Origin: an uncultured delta proteobacterium
GTDB lineage: Bacteria; Chloroflexota; Dehalococcoidia; Dehalococcoidales; BS750m-G39
Direction of reading: 5' to 3'
Assembly (NCBI GenBank): GCA_963739245.1
Contig: CAVTZP010000005.1
Span: forward strand, 78,707-142,706
DNA: 64,000 nucleotides
Below the pieces are notes generated by a model. The model saw only the letters and a list, made by a program, of their open reading frames with translations. It had not been told where the DNA came from and ran no database searches. How positions within the stretch are numbered: the first letter of the stretch is position 1; every line of letters starts with the position of its first letter. Below, piece by piece: positions 19,576 to 29,516 of this stretch. The translations under genes and the position numbers were made by a program.

Positions 19576-20476
19576 AAGCTACCTCCCTTGATATGGTAAT
19601 GCACTCAGCCGCCCTCAATTTGGCACTGCGGCTGCGGGGATTAAAATGAACCTCAGCCAGAGATGGAGTAATGACCTTCTTATAGACCAACCTCAGGTTT
19701 GCCTCCTGGCGCATAAAGCGCTTCACTACACGGTCGTCAAGGGAGTGATAGCTAATAACAACCAGTCTGCCACCAAACCCAAGGAGACTAGTTGCCTGTT
19801 CCAGGGCTGACTCTAGGTTCTCAAGCTCGTGGTTAACGGCTATTCGCAGGGCCTGGAAGGTTCTGGTGGCGGGGTGAATTCTGCCCCTTCGGCTACCGAC
19901 GGCTTGCTCTATCGCCCCGACCAGTTCAAGGGTGGTTTTTATCGGGCGCTCCTTGACAATATAATGGGCTATTCTGTGGCTGTAGCGTTCCTCGCCGAAT
20001 GTTCTTATCAGCTGTGCCAGTTCTGCCTCGGAGGAGGTGTTAACAATATCGGCAGCCGTGACCTCCTGGCTTGAGCTTAAGCGCATATCCAGGGGTTCAT
20101 CACTCTGGAAGCTGAAACCACGACCACTGCTCGAAAGCTGAAGAGAGGAGAGCCCCAGGTCAAACAAAATGCCATGCACGGGAAAGAAGTCGTATTTAAT
20201 AGCGATTGCCCTGAGATTAGCGAAGTTATCGTTAATTAAAAGTGTTGAGCTCTTGTAAGCTTCAAGTCTTGCCCTGGCGGCGGCAATAGCCTCATGGTCG
20301 GTATCAATGCCCAAAAGCTGCCCCCCGGGCGAGCTACGTTCTAAGATGGCAAGAGCATGACCCCCAGCCCCAAGGGTGCCGTCAATATAGCGACCTCCAG
20401 GCTGAACCGCCAGAGCCTCAATGGTCTCTTCAAGCAACACCGGGATATGAGTCGGTGCTGACATGGTTACGCTCAT
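19568..20476 (-). CDS. rsmH: 16S rRNA m4C1402 methyltransferase RsmH
   Basis: [35 protein letters not shown]. Confidence 0.97.
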   Translation of the reverse strand: MSVTMSAPTHIPVLLEETIEALAVQPGGRYIDGTLGAGGHALAILERSSPGGQLLGIDTDHEAIAAARARLEAYKSSTLLINDNFANLRAIAIKYDFFPVHGILFDLGLSSLQLSSSGRGFSFQSDEPLDMRLSSSQEVTAADIVNTSSEAELAQLIRTFGEERYSHRIAHYIVKERPIKTTLELVGAIEQAVGSRRGRIHPATRTFQALRIAVNHELENLESALEQATSLLGFGGRLVVISYHSLDDRVVKRFMRQEANLRLVYKKVITPSLAEVHFNPRSRSAKLRAAECITISREVACG

Positions 20477-20901
20477 TGATGCCTCTCTAGGCTTTCTACA
20501 ATCTGCCAGGCTTGTTCCTGGCTAACAGTCCTCTCCTCGCTCCAGTTCGACTTACTCCAGATTTCAAGATAGTTATTGGCGCCAACTATAACTACATCAT
20601 CCACAATCTCGGTATAGAGCCTAAGTGGAATAGGCAGGGCTATTCTTCCCTGCCCATCCATCTTGAGGCTGAAAGCAGTAGCGAAAATCGCCCGCTTTAG
20701 CCGTCTCAATTTGCCTGGTGTGACTGAACTTGTGGTCAAGGTCTCAGCCACCTTTTTCCATTCCGGTAGTGAGTAGAGGGTGATGCATTTCTCCACCCCC
20801 GGTGCCAGTATCACTCCCTCCCTCAGCTCTGTTCTGAACTTGGGTGGGATAGGCACCCTCCCCTTGTCATCAATCTTATATTCAAACTCCCCGAAGAACA
20901 T
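20473..20901 (-). CDS. mraZ: Transcriptional regulator MraZ
   Basis: [25 protein letters not shown]. Confidence 0.97.
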   Translation of the reverse strand: MFFGEFEYKIDDKGRVPIPPKFRTELREGVILAPGVEKCITLYSLPEWKKVAETLTTSSVTPGKLRRLKRAIFATAFSLKMDGQGRIALPIPLRLYTEIVDDVVIVGANNYLEIWSKSNWSEERTVSQEQAWQIVESLERHQ

Positions 20902-20915
20902 ACCTGCCCCCTAGT

Positions 20916-20970
20916 TTACCCTATTTTACCACAATCCACCACTTTTTACCATTCTACATCACATACACCC
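20916..20970 (-). promoter_or_regulatory. MraZ-binding direct repeats
   Basis: (G)TGG/GGT units at 10-nt period upstream of mraZ. Confidence 0.7.
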
Positions 20971-21013
20971 CTCTTTGTCAAGCCCTTTTAGGCTAAAATG
21001 TGATGGTTATTTA

Positions 21014-21150
21014 GTAACCCCACACCCTTTATCCCTCTCCCCTTGCCAAAGGGAGAGGGAGTGAAATGAAAAGAGGGGGCGAAAGCCCCCTCTTTAAAAA
21101 CTCTTTCCCCCTCTCCAAGAATGGAGAGGGGGATTAAGGGGGTGAGGTTG
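21014..21150 (+). repeat. GC-rich multi-hairpin repeat, copy 3
   Basis: Three hairpins; ends GGGGGTGAGGTTG. Confidence 0.85.
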
Positions 21151-21230
21151 ATAAACAATATTTTGCTCTACCCACCTTATGTGGTAAAATAGAGTCTGTC
21201 TTTAGTCGAAGACTCTCCGAGAGGGGTGTT

Positions 21231-21731
21231 ATGTTTAATATCGGCATTATTACCATCAGCGATGGGGTCTCGCGGGGGGAGCGCCCTGACGACAGCAGCA
21301 AGGCAATTGAGAAGAGCCTGGCCGGGGTAGATAGTCGGGTGGTTAAGTACGAGGTCATTCCTGACGAGGCGGGAATTATCTCAAGCAAGCTTGCGGAGTG
21401 GGCGGACGAGGGTAGTGTCGATGTTATCATCACTACCGGGGGCACGGGGCTGGCGCCACGCGATGTTACCCCTGAAGCCACCCTTTCTATAGTGGATAGG
21501 GTTGTGCCGGGATTGGCTGAACTGATGCGAGCCCAGACCTTTGCCAAAACACCCTTATCTATGCTGAGTCGGGCGGTGGCTGGGGTGAGGAAGAAGTGCC
21601 TTATTATAAATTTGCCGGGTAGCCCTAAGGCAGTCAGGGAGTGCCTTGAGGTCATACTGCCGGCCATCCCTCATGCGGTGCAGGTTATCAAGGGAGAAAT
21701 AACTCAGCACACCGGCACGGGGAAGGATTAG
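21231..21731 (+). CDS. mog: Molybdopterin adenylyltransferase (MogA/MoaB family)
   Basis: TTGGTGLAPRDVTPEAT, INLPGSPKAV. Confidence 0.9.
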   Translation: MFNIGIITISDGVSRGERPDDSSKAIEKSLAGVDSRVVKYEVIPDEAGIISSKLAEWADEGSVDVIITTGGTGLAPRDVTPEATLSIVDRVVPGLAELMRAQTFAKTPLSMLSRAVAGVRKKCLIINLPGSPKAVRECLEVILPAIPHAVQVIKGEITQHTGTGKD

Positions 21732-21735
21732 ATAG

Positions 21736-22455
21736 GTGGATATAGATATTTTGACCCTGTTTCCCGAGGTGTTCCAAGGCGTATTCGGCTTCGGCATTTT
21801 CCAGCGGGCTATAGATCAGAAACTGGTCAGTATCGCCGTTCACAATATTCGTGACTGTACCCATGATAAACACCACACCGTTGATGACAGCCCTTACGGG
21901 GGTGGTGCTGGGATGGTGCTCAAGCCCGACCCCATTTTTGAGGCGGTAGAGTCAATAAGGAGGGAGCCTGAAGCCCCCATTATTCTGCTTTCCCCGCAGG
22001 GCCGCCTTTTCTGCCAAAAAATCGCCCAGGAGCTAGCCACCTACCGCCGGCTAATTCTCATCTGCGGTCACTATGAGGGGGTTGATGAGCGGGTGAGTGA
22101 ACACCTGGCTACTGACGAGATTAGCATTGGGGATTATGTGCTCAGCGGTGGGGAGCCGGCAGCCATCGTCGTTATTGACGGCGTAGTCAGGTTACTCCCC
22201 GGCGTTCTTGGTTCGGCAGAATCGCTATTAGATGATTCCCATGTTGGGGGGCTACTTGAGTACCCTCAATATACCCGCCCCGCTGTGTACCGGGAATGGT
22301 CAGTGCCCGAGGTCTTACTCTCCGGAAACCATGCCCAGATTGCTCAATGGCGTCATGAGCAGGCTATTTTGCGCACCATGAAGCGCCGCCCGGAACTCCT
22401 GGAAAAGGCTGAGCTAAGCCCGGAGGAGAGAAAATTAATTGAGAAGTTGAGGTAA
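21736..22455 (+). CDS. trmD: tRNA (guanine37-N1)-methyltransferase
   Basis: [33 protein letters not shown]. Confidence 0.98.
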   Translation: MDIDILTLFPEVFQGVFGFGIFQRAIDQKLVSIAVHNIRDCTHDKHHTVDDSPYGGGAGMVLKPDPIFEAVESIRREPEAPIILLSPQGRLFCQKIAQELATYRRLILICGHYEGVDERVSEHLATDEISIGDYVLSGGEPAAIVVIDGVVRLLPGVLGSAESLLDDSHVGGLLEYPQYTRPAVYREWSVPEVLLSGNHAQIAQWRHEQAILRTMKRRPELLEKAELSPEERKLIEKLR

Positions 22456-22462
22456 TCTTAGT

Positions 22463-22804
22463 ATGGACGCTATCTCACTATTTAACAACAAATCAAACCC
22501 CAATATTCCCGAGCTTTCCCCCGGCGACACGGTCAAGGTGAGTGCCAAGATTGGGGAGCGGGGACACCCCCAGTTATTTCAGGGGGTAGTAATTAAGGTT
22601 CGCCGTGGCGCTGATGGCGGAAACTTCACCATAAGGCGGGTTTCCCACGGCATAGGGATTGAGCATACCTTCTCCCTCGCCTCACCGACGCTGGAGAAGG
22701 TAGAGGTGGTGCGGCGGGGGAAGGTGCGCCGAGCCCGGCTTTATTACCTGCGCGGGCTCAGCAGCAAGGCATCTCGTACCAAGGAGAAGCAGGTAAAAGA
22801 ATAG
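22463..22804 (+). CDS. rplS: 50S ribosomal protein L19
   Basis: PGDTVKV, FQGVVI, GKVRRARLYYLR. Confidence 0.97.
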   Translation: MDAISLFNNKSNPNIPELSPGDTVKVSAKIGERGHPQLFQGVVIKVRRGADGGNFTIRRVSHGIGIEHTFSLASPTLEKVEVVRRGKVRRARLYYLRGLSSKASRTKEKQVKE

Positions 22805-22817
22805 GTTGGGGTAAGGG

Positions 22818-25244
22818 ATGAGCTATGCTGAGGTTAGTGTCAACTCGCCGGTAGCCCAGCGTAGAACATTCAGCTATACCATACCATCGGGGCTGAGTAT
22901 TGATGTCGGGCAGGCGGTATGGGTCCCCTTTGGCAATAAGCTGCTCCAGGGCATCGTTTTAGAGCTTAATTCCTACCCCTCGGTGGAAGAAACCAGGGAA
23001 ATAGCCGGTGTTATTGAACCCCGCCCCTTGCTCTCTAAAACCCATGTCTTGCTGGCGCGGTGGCTAAGCGAATATTATCTATCCCCCCTTTTTGACGCGG
23101 TGGCCTTAATGCTGCCGCCGGGCTTTGAGCGCAGGACGGTCACCTTCATCTCCATCTCCCCCAACGCCGAGGTGGATAGGTCAGCACTTACCCCGGAACA
23201 AAGGCAAATACTAGAGCTGGTCCAGAGGCAGGGCAAGGTCAGTTTAAGGGAGCTTGAGAAGAGGTTAAGAACAAGAGAGGCCAGGTTTACGATATCCAAG
23301 CTGGTCAATCAAGGGCTGTTGGTTAAAAGCTACGAGCTGGAAAAGATTAAGGTAAGACCGAAGACGGTGGCTTACCTTCGTCTGGAAGTGGCGGCTGGTG
23401 AAGCTCGGCAGGAAGCAGCCGGCCTGTATAAAAAAGGAGCCAACAAACAGGCAGTTCTTCTTGAGTATCTGGCGCAACAAACCGAGCCAGTTTCTCTCGC
23501 TGAAGCCAGGAGGAATGTTAGCTGTGATAAAGCAGTAGCTGATGCTTTAGTCAGAAAGGGCTTGGTCGCCATCAAGCCGGTTGAAGTAAAGCGCGAACCA
23601 ATTTCATACCAGGGCATAACCCCCTCTCAACCGCTGACCCTTACTGCCGCCCAGAGGTCAGCCCTCGAGGCTATTAAGTCCAGCCTGGCTAAGGGCAATG
23701 CCTCAGTTTTTCTTCTTCACGGGGTTACCGGTAGTGGCAAGACCGAGGTCTACCTTCAAGCCCTGGCTGAGGTGGTAGGGCTGGGGAAACGGGGCATAGT
23801 CTTAGTCCCCGAGATCGCCCTTACCCCGCAGACTATAGAGCGGTTCGCTTCCCGTTTCCCCCACAGGGTGGCTGTCCTTCACTCCAAGCTCTCTCTGGGT
23901 GAGCAGTTTGACGAGTGGCAGCGCATCAGAGACGGGGAATTTGATGTCGTTATCGGTCCCCGGAGTGCTATCTTTGCCCCTCAACCCGACCTTGGGCTCA
24001 TCGTTGTTGATGAGGAGCATGAATGGGCCTATAAACAGCAGGATAAATCGCCCCGCTATCACGCCCGTGATGCGGCGATAAAACTGGCGGAGCTAACCGG
24101 AGCCGTGGTCATTTTAGGCAGTGCCACCCCGGACGTGGAGACCTTTTACCACGCGCAACAGGGAGACTATCACCGGCTCCAGCTTCCCGAGCGGGTCACC
24201 CCCCGTGATGGCTCGGCACTGCCAGCGGTTGAGGTGGTCGACCTGAGGGAGGAGCTAAAGGCGGGGAACAGGAGCCTCTTCAGCCGCTCCCTGTCTCAGG
24301 CGGTGACTCAGGCGGTGGCCAACCGGGAGCAGGTCATCCTTTTTCTCAATCGCCGTGGAGGAGCCACCTTTATCCAGTGCCGTAGCTGCGGCTTAGTCCT
24401 CACCTGCAAGCGTTGCGAGGTTCCGCTTACCTATCATCCTGTCGGGGATGTCTTGGTTTGCCACCAGTGCAATTACCGGATGCCAGTCCCTCAGATTTGC
24501 CCCCGGTGCTTGAGCCGCCGGATAAAGTTTTTAGGCGTTGGCACGCAGAAGCTAGAACAGGAAGTGGGGCAGGGCTTTCCCCAGGCCAGACGGCTACGCT
24601 GGGATAGTGATGCGACCAGAGGCAAGCATTCTCATGATGAGATGTTAGGCAAGTTCCGTAGCCACCAGGCTGATATTCTTATCGGCACCCAGATGATTGC
24701 TAAGGGCTTGGACTTGCCCCTGGTTACCCTGGTTGGGGTGGTTAGCGCTGATACCGCGCTGAATCTACCTGACTTCCGCGCCGGGGAAAGAACATTTCAG
24801 CTCCTCTCCCAGGTGGCGGGAAGGGCAGGGCGGGGCACACTAGGGGGAAGGGTCATTATCCAGACCTATACCCCTGAGCACTACGCCATTCAGGCGGCGT
24901 CAAGACACGACTATGCCTCATTCTATGAGCAGGAGCTTAACTATCGGCGCCAGCTCCGCAACCCTCCCTTTACTCGCCTTGCTTGCCTTGTCTATACCCA
25001 TACCAACGATGCCCATTGCCAGCGGCAGGCAGAAATGATGAAGCGTCGGCTTACCCAGGAAATAGACGCGCAGGGTATAGCTGGTATTGAGCTGATTGGA
25101 CCAGCCCCGGCCTTTATTCACCGCTTGCGGGGCCGGTTCCGCTGGCAGCTTATACTCCGGGGTTCAGACTTGTCAGCGTTTCTCTCCAGGATAACTTTTC
25201 CCCAGGGCTGGACGGTGGACATTGACCCACTGGGTCTGGTTTAG
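22818..25244 (+). CDS. priA: Primosomal protein N' helicase
   Basis: GVTGSGKTEVY, DEEHE, four CxxC, GTQMIAKGLD. Confidence 0.97.
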   Translation: MSYAEVSVNSPVAQRRTFSYTIPSGLSIDVGQAVWVPFGNKLLQGIVLELNSYPSVEETREIAGVIEPRPLLSKTHVLLARWLSEYYLSPLFDAVALMLPPGFERRTVTFISISPNAEVDRSALTPEQRQILELVQRQGKVSLRELEKRLRTREARFTISKLVNQGLLVKSYELEKIKVRPKTVAYLRLEVAAGEARQEAAGLYKKGANKQAVLLEYLAQQTEPVSLAEARRNVSCDKAVADALVRKGLVAIKPVEVKREPISYQGITPSQPLTLTAAQRSALEAIKSSLAKGNASVFLLHGVTGSGKTEVYLQALAEVVGLGKRGIVLVPEIALTPQTIERFASRFPHRVAVLHSKLSLGEQFDEWQRIRDGEFDVVIGPRSAIFAPQPDLGLIVVDEEHEWAYKQQDKSPRYHARDAAIKLAELTGAVVILGSATPDVETFYHAQQGDYHRLQLPERVTPRDGSALPAVEVVDLREELKAGNRSLFSRSLSQAVTQAVANREQVILFLNRRGGATFIQCRSCGLVLTCKRCEVPLTYHPVGDVLVCHQCNYRMPVPQICPRCLSRRIKFLGVGTQKLEQEVGQGFPQARRLRWDSDATRGKHSHDEMLGKFRSHQADILIGTQMIAKGLDLPLVTLVGVVSADTALNLPDFRAGERTFQLLSQVAGRAGRGTLGGRVIIQTYTPEHYAIQAASRHDYASFYEQELNYRRQLRNPPFTRLACLVYTHTNDAHCQRQAEMMKRRLTQEIDAQGIAGIELIGPAPAFIHRLRGRFRWQLILRGSDLSAFLSRITFPQGWTVDIDPLGLV

Positions 25245-25268
25245 GTAAACTGTTTTCTAGAGGTTAAG

Positions 25269-25757
25269 ATGGCAGTTCTTCCTATTCATACTGTTCCTGA
25301 CCCGATACTGAAACAGAAGTCAAAGCGGGTTAAGACTATTGACGGCTCAATCAAGAAGCTAGTAGGGGATATGATTGAGACACTGCACGCTGTCCCGGGG
25401 CGAGTAGGCTTAGCCGCGCCCCAGGTGGGTGTTTCCTTGCAGGTGATTGTTATTGGCATACCCGAGGAGGAGGATATAGCCCTGATTAACCCGGAAATCG
25501 TGCGCCGGAAAGGGGAACGCATGGTAACCGAGGGTTGCCTCAGCATCCCGGGCTACTTCGGGGTGGTCAAGCGTGCCGAGTCGGTCAGAGCCAAAGGGCG
25601 TGATGTGAGGGGGAAGGGGATAAAAATTAAAGCCGATGAACTTCTGGCTCAAGTACTGGAGCATGAGATAGACCACCTAAATGGGGTGCTGTTTATAGAA
25701 CACCTGGAAAGCCCAGACCAGCTATACAAGGTAGAACCTGAGGTAGCCCAGCTTTAG
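25269..25757 (+). CDS. def: Peptide deformylase
   Basis: GLAAPQVG, EGCLS, HEIDHLNG. Confidence 0.97.
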   Translation: MAVLPIHTVPDPILKQKSKRVKTIDGSIKKLVGDMIETLHAVPGRVGLAAPQVGVSLQVIVIGIPEEEDIALINPEIVRRKGERMVTEGCLSIPGYFGVVKRAESVRAKGRDVRGKGIKIKADELLAQVLEHEIDHLNGVLFIEHLESPDQLYKVEPEVAQL

Positions 25758-26050
25758 GTGCTTTCTGCCGGTTTTCTTTCCAAGCTAACTGGTTGGCTCT
25801 TTTGTCTCTCCATTGGCTGGACCGGGGCTGTGTTGCCAATCAGCGCCTCGGGGACAAGATAGAAAAGGTCATCAAACTTATATTCGGGGAAGGCTTTTAT
25901 TGCCCCGATGATGAATTTTCGGTTGATGTGGCGTTTGCCTTCAAGCACCCGGTAAATCTGGCTTACCGATATTTCCATCGCCATGGCGAGCTCAGATAGG
26001 TTCCGATATTGTGCGGCGTACAAATCGAAGACCCTTGTTTTCAGTATCAT
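25754..26050 (-). CDS. Small HTH regulator (Cro-like)
   Basis: NLSELAMAMEISVSQIYRVLEG HTH; divergent from Xre gene. Confidence 0.8.
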   Translation of the reverse strand: MILKTRVFDLYAAQYRNLSELAMAMEISVSQIYRVLEGKRHINRKFIIGAIKAFPEYKFDDLFYLVPEALIGNTAPVQPMERQKSQPVSLERKPAEST

Positions 26051-26062
26051 GGTTCGCCTTTT

Positions 26063-26161
26063 CTGCCAGTTGGCAATATTGTAACCGAGAATTTGCCTAT
26101 TGTCAAGACCTTTCTATTCTTTTTGTGCTTTGTTGACATTTGCCAGATGGCGAATTATAAT
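26063..26161. promoter_or_regulatory. Divergent promoters with three palindromic operators
   Basis: Rightward TTGACA(26133)-N17-TATAAT(26156); leftward TTGACA(26106)-N17-TACAAT; operators CTGCCAGTTGGCAA 26063, TTGCCTATTGTCAA 26093, TTGCCAGATGGCGA 26140. Confidence 0.75.
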
Positions 26162-26169
26162 TTAACTAT

Positions 26170-26562
26170 ATGCGGGATATAGACAACAATCTGGGTGAGA
26201 TACTCAAGCAGCGAAGGCTTTCGCTATCACTTACGCTGGGCAAGATTAGTGCCATGTGCGGTGTCTCGGTGTCGCACCTGGGCCGTATTGAGAGAGGCGA
26301 GCGTTTTCCCTCAGGCTCAATTCTGCGCAGAATCGCCAAGCCGTTAGGTTTTGAGGAGGACGAGCTGTTTACTCTCGCTGGCTACCTATCTCCCCCCACC
26401 CCGGGTGTGGCTGAGGGTCAACAGCACTACGGGGGTGGGGAATTAGACCCCTATGTGGCTAAGATGCTGACACAGGAGCCTGTTGATATACAGCGTGCTG
26501 TCCTTGGAATCCTCAGTATCCTAAAGAGCATTGCCAAGGGCGTAACCAAGGCAGGCAAATAA
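26170..26562 (+). CDS. Xre-family HTH regulator (CI-like; paralog of 9089..9490)
   Basis: GVSVSHLGRIERGERFPS; collinear similarity with 9089..9490 over the whole length. Confidence 0.9.
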   Translation: MRDIDNNLGEILKQRRLSLSLTLGKISAMCGVSVSHLGRIERGERFPSGSILRRIAKPLGFEEDELFTLAGYLSPPTPGVAEGQQHYGGGELDPYVAKMLTQEPVDIQRAVLGILSILKSIAKGVTKAGK

Positions 26563-26671
26563 ATATCTAGCCTATGTTTTTAGCCTGCCCGGGAAAGCGC
26601 TTGGTAGTCTTTCACTGAATTCCCCCTTGATATATGGCTAGACTGGTAGTATATTGTAGCTTTAGAGTATT

Positions 26672-28186
26672 ATGTGGGGAAGAATGAAGCTATCTATTGA
26701 CCCTAGAGTCTCATCATTACTAGCTGCAGTAAACAACCTTCTCACCGAGCAGGGGGTAAAATCATATCTTGTCGGTGGGTTTGTGCGTGATGTTCTGCTG
26801 AAAAGAGATACGGCTGATATTGATATTGCTGTTGCCACAGACGCCGTAGAGATTGCCCAACAAATAGCCAATGCTCTTGGTGGTAAGTTTGTCCTGCTGG
26901 ATAAGGTGAACCGGGTGGGCCGGGTGATTATAGCTGATAAAGAAGCATCGCCCGCTCGGTGGGAGCTTGATTTCTCCACATTTCAGGGTAGCATTGAGCA
27001 CGACCTGGCACAGCGCGATTTCACCATAGACGCCATCGCCGTTGACCTTAGTGAGCTAACCAAAGGTTCCGGCGATGTCCCTCTCATAGACCCGTTTAAC
27101 GGTTGGGCTGACCTAAAGCGTGGCGTGATTCGGGCTGTTTCTGAAACAGCCTTCCAGTCGGATGCCGCCCGCTTACTGCGGGCGGTGCGCCTGGCTAGTG
27201 AGCTTGGTTTTTCTCTTGACAATCAGACCGAGACTTGGGTTCGGGACGATTGCCATCTTATCGCCGGTGTGGCTGGTGAGCGAGTGAGAGAGGAGTTACT
27301 CCGGCTCCTCGCTGTCCCTCAATCCCAGCGATTTCTCCCCTACCTTGATGACCTGGGGTTAGTCACCGCTATCATCCCTGAGCTGGCGGAGGCAAAGGGG
27401 GTGAAGCAGCCCAAGGAGCACTTCTGGGAGGTCTTTGACCATTCAATAGAGACAGTAGCTGCCGTTGATTTTGTCCTCCGCGAGGGAGCGTGGGAATATG
27501 CCAGTGATGAAACCCTGGCTTTTGTTCCCTGGTCAGAGTCGCTGGCTCAGCACTTTGCTCAGGAGGTCAGTCATGGTAGCACCAGGAGGGTGCTGCTCAA
27601 GCTAGCGGCACTGCTTCATGATGTGGCTAAGCCTCAGACTAAAGCCATTGCTGAAGATGGTCGGATGCGCTTTCTTGGGCATGGCAAGCTGGGGGCAGCG
27701 GTGGCGGCTAGTATTCTGGAAAGGTTGAGGTTTAGCAGCAAAGAGGTTAAACTGGTGGAGGTTATGGTCAGGGAGCACCTCAGACCGGGGCAGATGAGCC
27801 AGGGAGGACTTCCCAGCCGACGGGCTATTTACCGTTACTTTCGTGACACTGCTGATGCCGGCATTGATATACTATTTTTAGGCCTGGCCGACCACCTGGC
27901 CACCAGGGGACCACAATTAAACCTAGCTGGATGGCAGGAGCATGCCCGGATGGTGGATTATGTGTTAACCCAGCATTTTGAGCAGGAGAAGGTGACTACC
28001 CCGCCCAAGCTAGTTGACGGGTATGATATAATAAATAGTTTTTGCTTGAACCCGGGGCCAAAGATTGGTAAACTGCTTGAGGCGGTGCGGGAGGCGCAAG
28101 CCTCAGGGGAGATAGCGAGCAGGGAGGAGGCTCTGTCTTTTATACGGGAGAGACTAACAACCAAGGCAGTGAATAGATATGGCTAA
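26672..28186 (+). CDS. cca: CCA tRNA nucleotidyltransferase / poly(A) polymerase family with HD domain
   Basis: LVGGFVRD, DIDI, DLAQRDFTIDA, LLHDVAKP. Confidence 0.85.
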   Translation: MWGRMKLSIDPRVSSLLAAVNNLLTEQGVKSYLVGGFVRDVLLKRDTADIDIAVATDAVEIAQQIANALGGKFVLLDKVNRVGRVIIADKEASPARWELDFSTFQGSIEHDLAQRDFTIDAIAVDLSELTKGSGDVPLIDPFNGWADLKRGVIRAVSETAFQSDAARLLRAVRLASELGFSLDNQTETWVRDDCHLIAGVAGERVREELLRLLAVPQSQRFLPYLDDLGLVTAIIPELAEAKGVKQPKEHFWEVFDHSIETVAAVDFVLREGAWEYASDETLAFVPWSESLAQHFAQEVSHGSTRRVLLKLAALLHDVAKPQTKAIAEDGRMRFLGHGKLGAAVAASILERLRFSSKEVKLVEVMVREHLRPGQMSQGGLPSRRAIYRYFRDTADAGIDILFLGLADHLATRGPQLNLAGWQEHARMVDYVLTQHFEQEKVTTPPKLVDGYDIINSFCLNPGPKIGKLLEAVREAQASGEIASREEALSFIRERLTTKAVNRYG

Positions 28187-29516
28187 AAGAAGTACGCTGA
28201 TTTTTTTTATACTACTTGCCCTTTTTGCCTTTGCCATCTGCGCCCTAATCTACCCTATGTTTGGCCGGGAGGGGATACGCCTGGGTCTGGATTTGAAGGG
28301 CGGTATTCACCTGGTCTATAAGGCTGACATGTCAGCGGTGGAAAAAGGGCAGGAGGCGTCAGTCATCGAAGGTGTGGTATCAGTTATTCAGAATCGGATT
28401 AACCCCCTGGGAGTAACCGAACCGGTTATTGAGAGACTGGGGGCAGACCAGATAGTAGTTGAACTACCCGGACTCGGTATCACTGATGTGGAAAAGGGGC
28501 GCATCGGACGCACCGCACTACTTGAGTTTGGCGAACTGATTACCGGCGATGAAGCGTTCAAGTGGGAGGATGAGCTAGGTAAGTGGAAGCCAGCCACCGC
28601 GGTAATTGACAATCAGGAAAAAGAACTCACCAGCAGCTACTTTAAAAGCAATACTTATGTAACCAGGGATAACATGGGCCGGATTCTCCTTGTCTTTTCG
28701 TGGAATGAAGAGGGGAGTAAACTATCAGAAGAGATTACTGGGCGGCTTATTGGTAAGCCACTGGGTATTTTTGAGGGGGATACACCGCTGTTAGGTGATG
28801 ACGGACGGCCAATAGCGCCGACTGTCAATTCACAAATTACAACCACTGGGCAGATTGAGGGATTAAGCATAAAGGAAGCTACTGCCATCTCCAAGCAGCT
28901 AAATGCGGGGCGTCTGCCGGTGCCGCTGGAGCTTGTTTATGAGCAGACCATATCTCCGGTGGCCGGCGCTGACTTTGTAAGCATGAGCCTTAAGGCCGGG
29001 CTAATTGGCATGATACTGGTCATGGCATTTATGACTGCTTACTATCGCTTGTCTGGGTTTCTCGCCAGTCTGGCTCTAATTTTTTATGGAGCGCTTAACC
29101 TGGCGATATTTAAGCTGATACCGGTAACCCTGACTCTGGCTGGAATCGGTGGTTTCGTCGTGTCCATAGGTATAGCGGTAGATGCCAATGTCCTTATCTT
29201 TGAGCGGATGAAGGAAGAGTTGAGGGCAGGGCGGACATTGGGGGCGGCCATTGATGCTGGCTTTAGCCGTGCCTGGTCGGCTATCTGGGATAGCAACGTA
29301 ACTACCTTTATCGTCTGCATAATTCTGATTGTAATCGGCAGCCAGGTTGCCTCTGGGGCGCCAGTAAAGGGATTTGGCATAACCTTACTTATCGGCACAG
29401 TAGTAAGCATGTTCACTGCCATTACCGTGACGCGGACATTATTACATCTGTTCGTAGGGACTCCCCTGGCAAACAGGATTTCACTATTCAGCCCATATGT
29501 AGGTAAAGCAAAATGA
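28179..29516 (+). CDS. secD: Protein translocase subunit SecD
   Basis: LGLDLKGG, GVTEP, AVDANVLIFER. Confidence 0.96.
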   Translation: MAKRSTLIFFILLALFAFAICALIYPMFGREGIRLGLDLKGGIHLVYKADMSAVEKGQEASVIEGVVSVIQNRINPLGVTEPVIERLGADQIVVELPGLGITDVEKGRIGRTALLEFGELITGDEAFKWEDELGKWKPATAVIDNQEKELTSSYFKSNTYVTRDNMGRILLVFSWNEEGSKLSEEITGRLIGKPLGIFEGDTPLLGDDGRPIAPTVNSQITTTGQIEGLSIKEATAISKQLNAGRLPVPLELVYEQTISPVAGADFVSMSLKAGLIGMILVMAFMTAYYRLSGFLASLALIFYGALNLAIFKLIPVTLTLAGIGGFVVSIGIAVDANVLIFERMKEELRAGRTLGAAIDAGFSRAWSAIWDSNVTTFIVCIILIVIGSQVASGAPVKGFGITLLIGTVVSMFTAITVTRTLLHLFVGTPLANRISLFSPYVGKAK

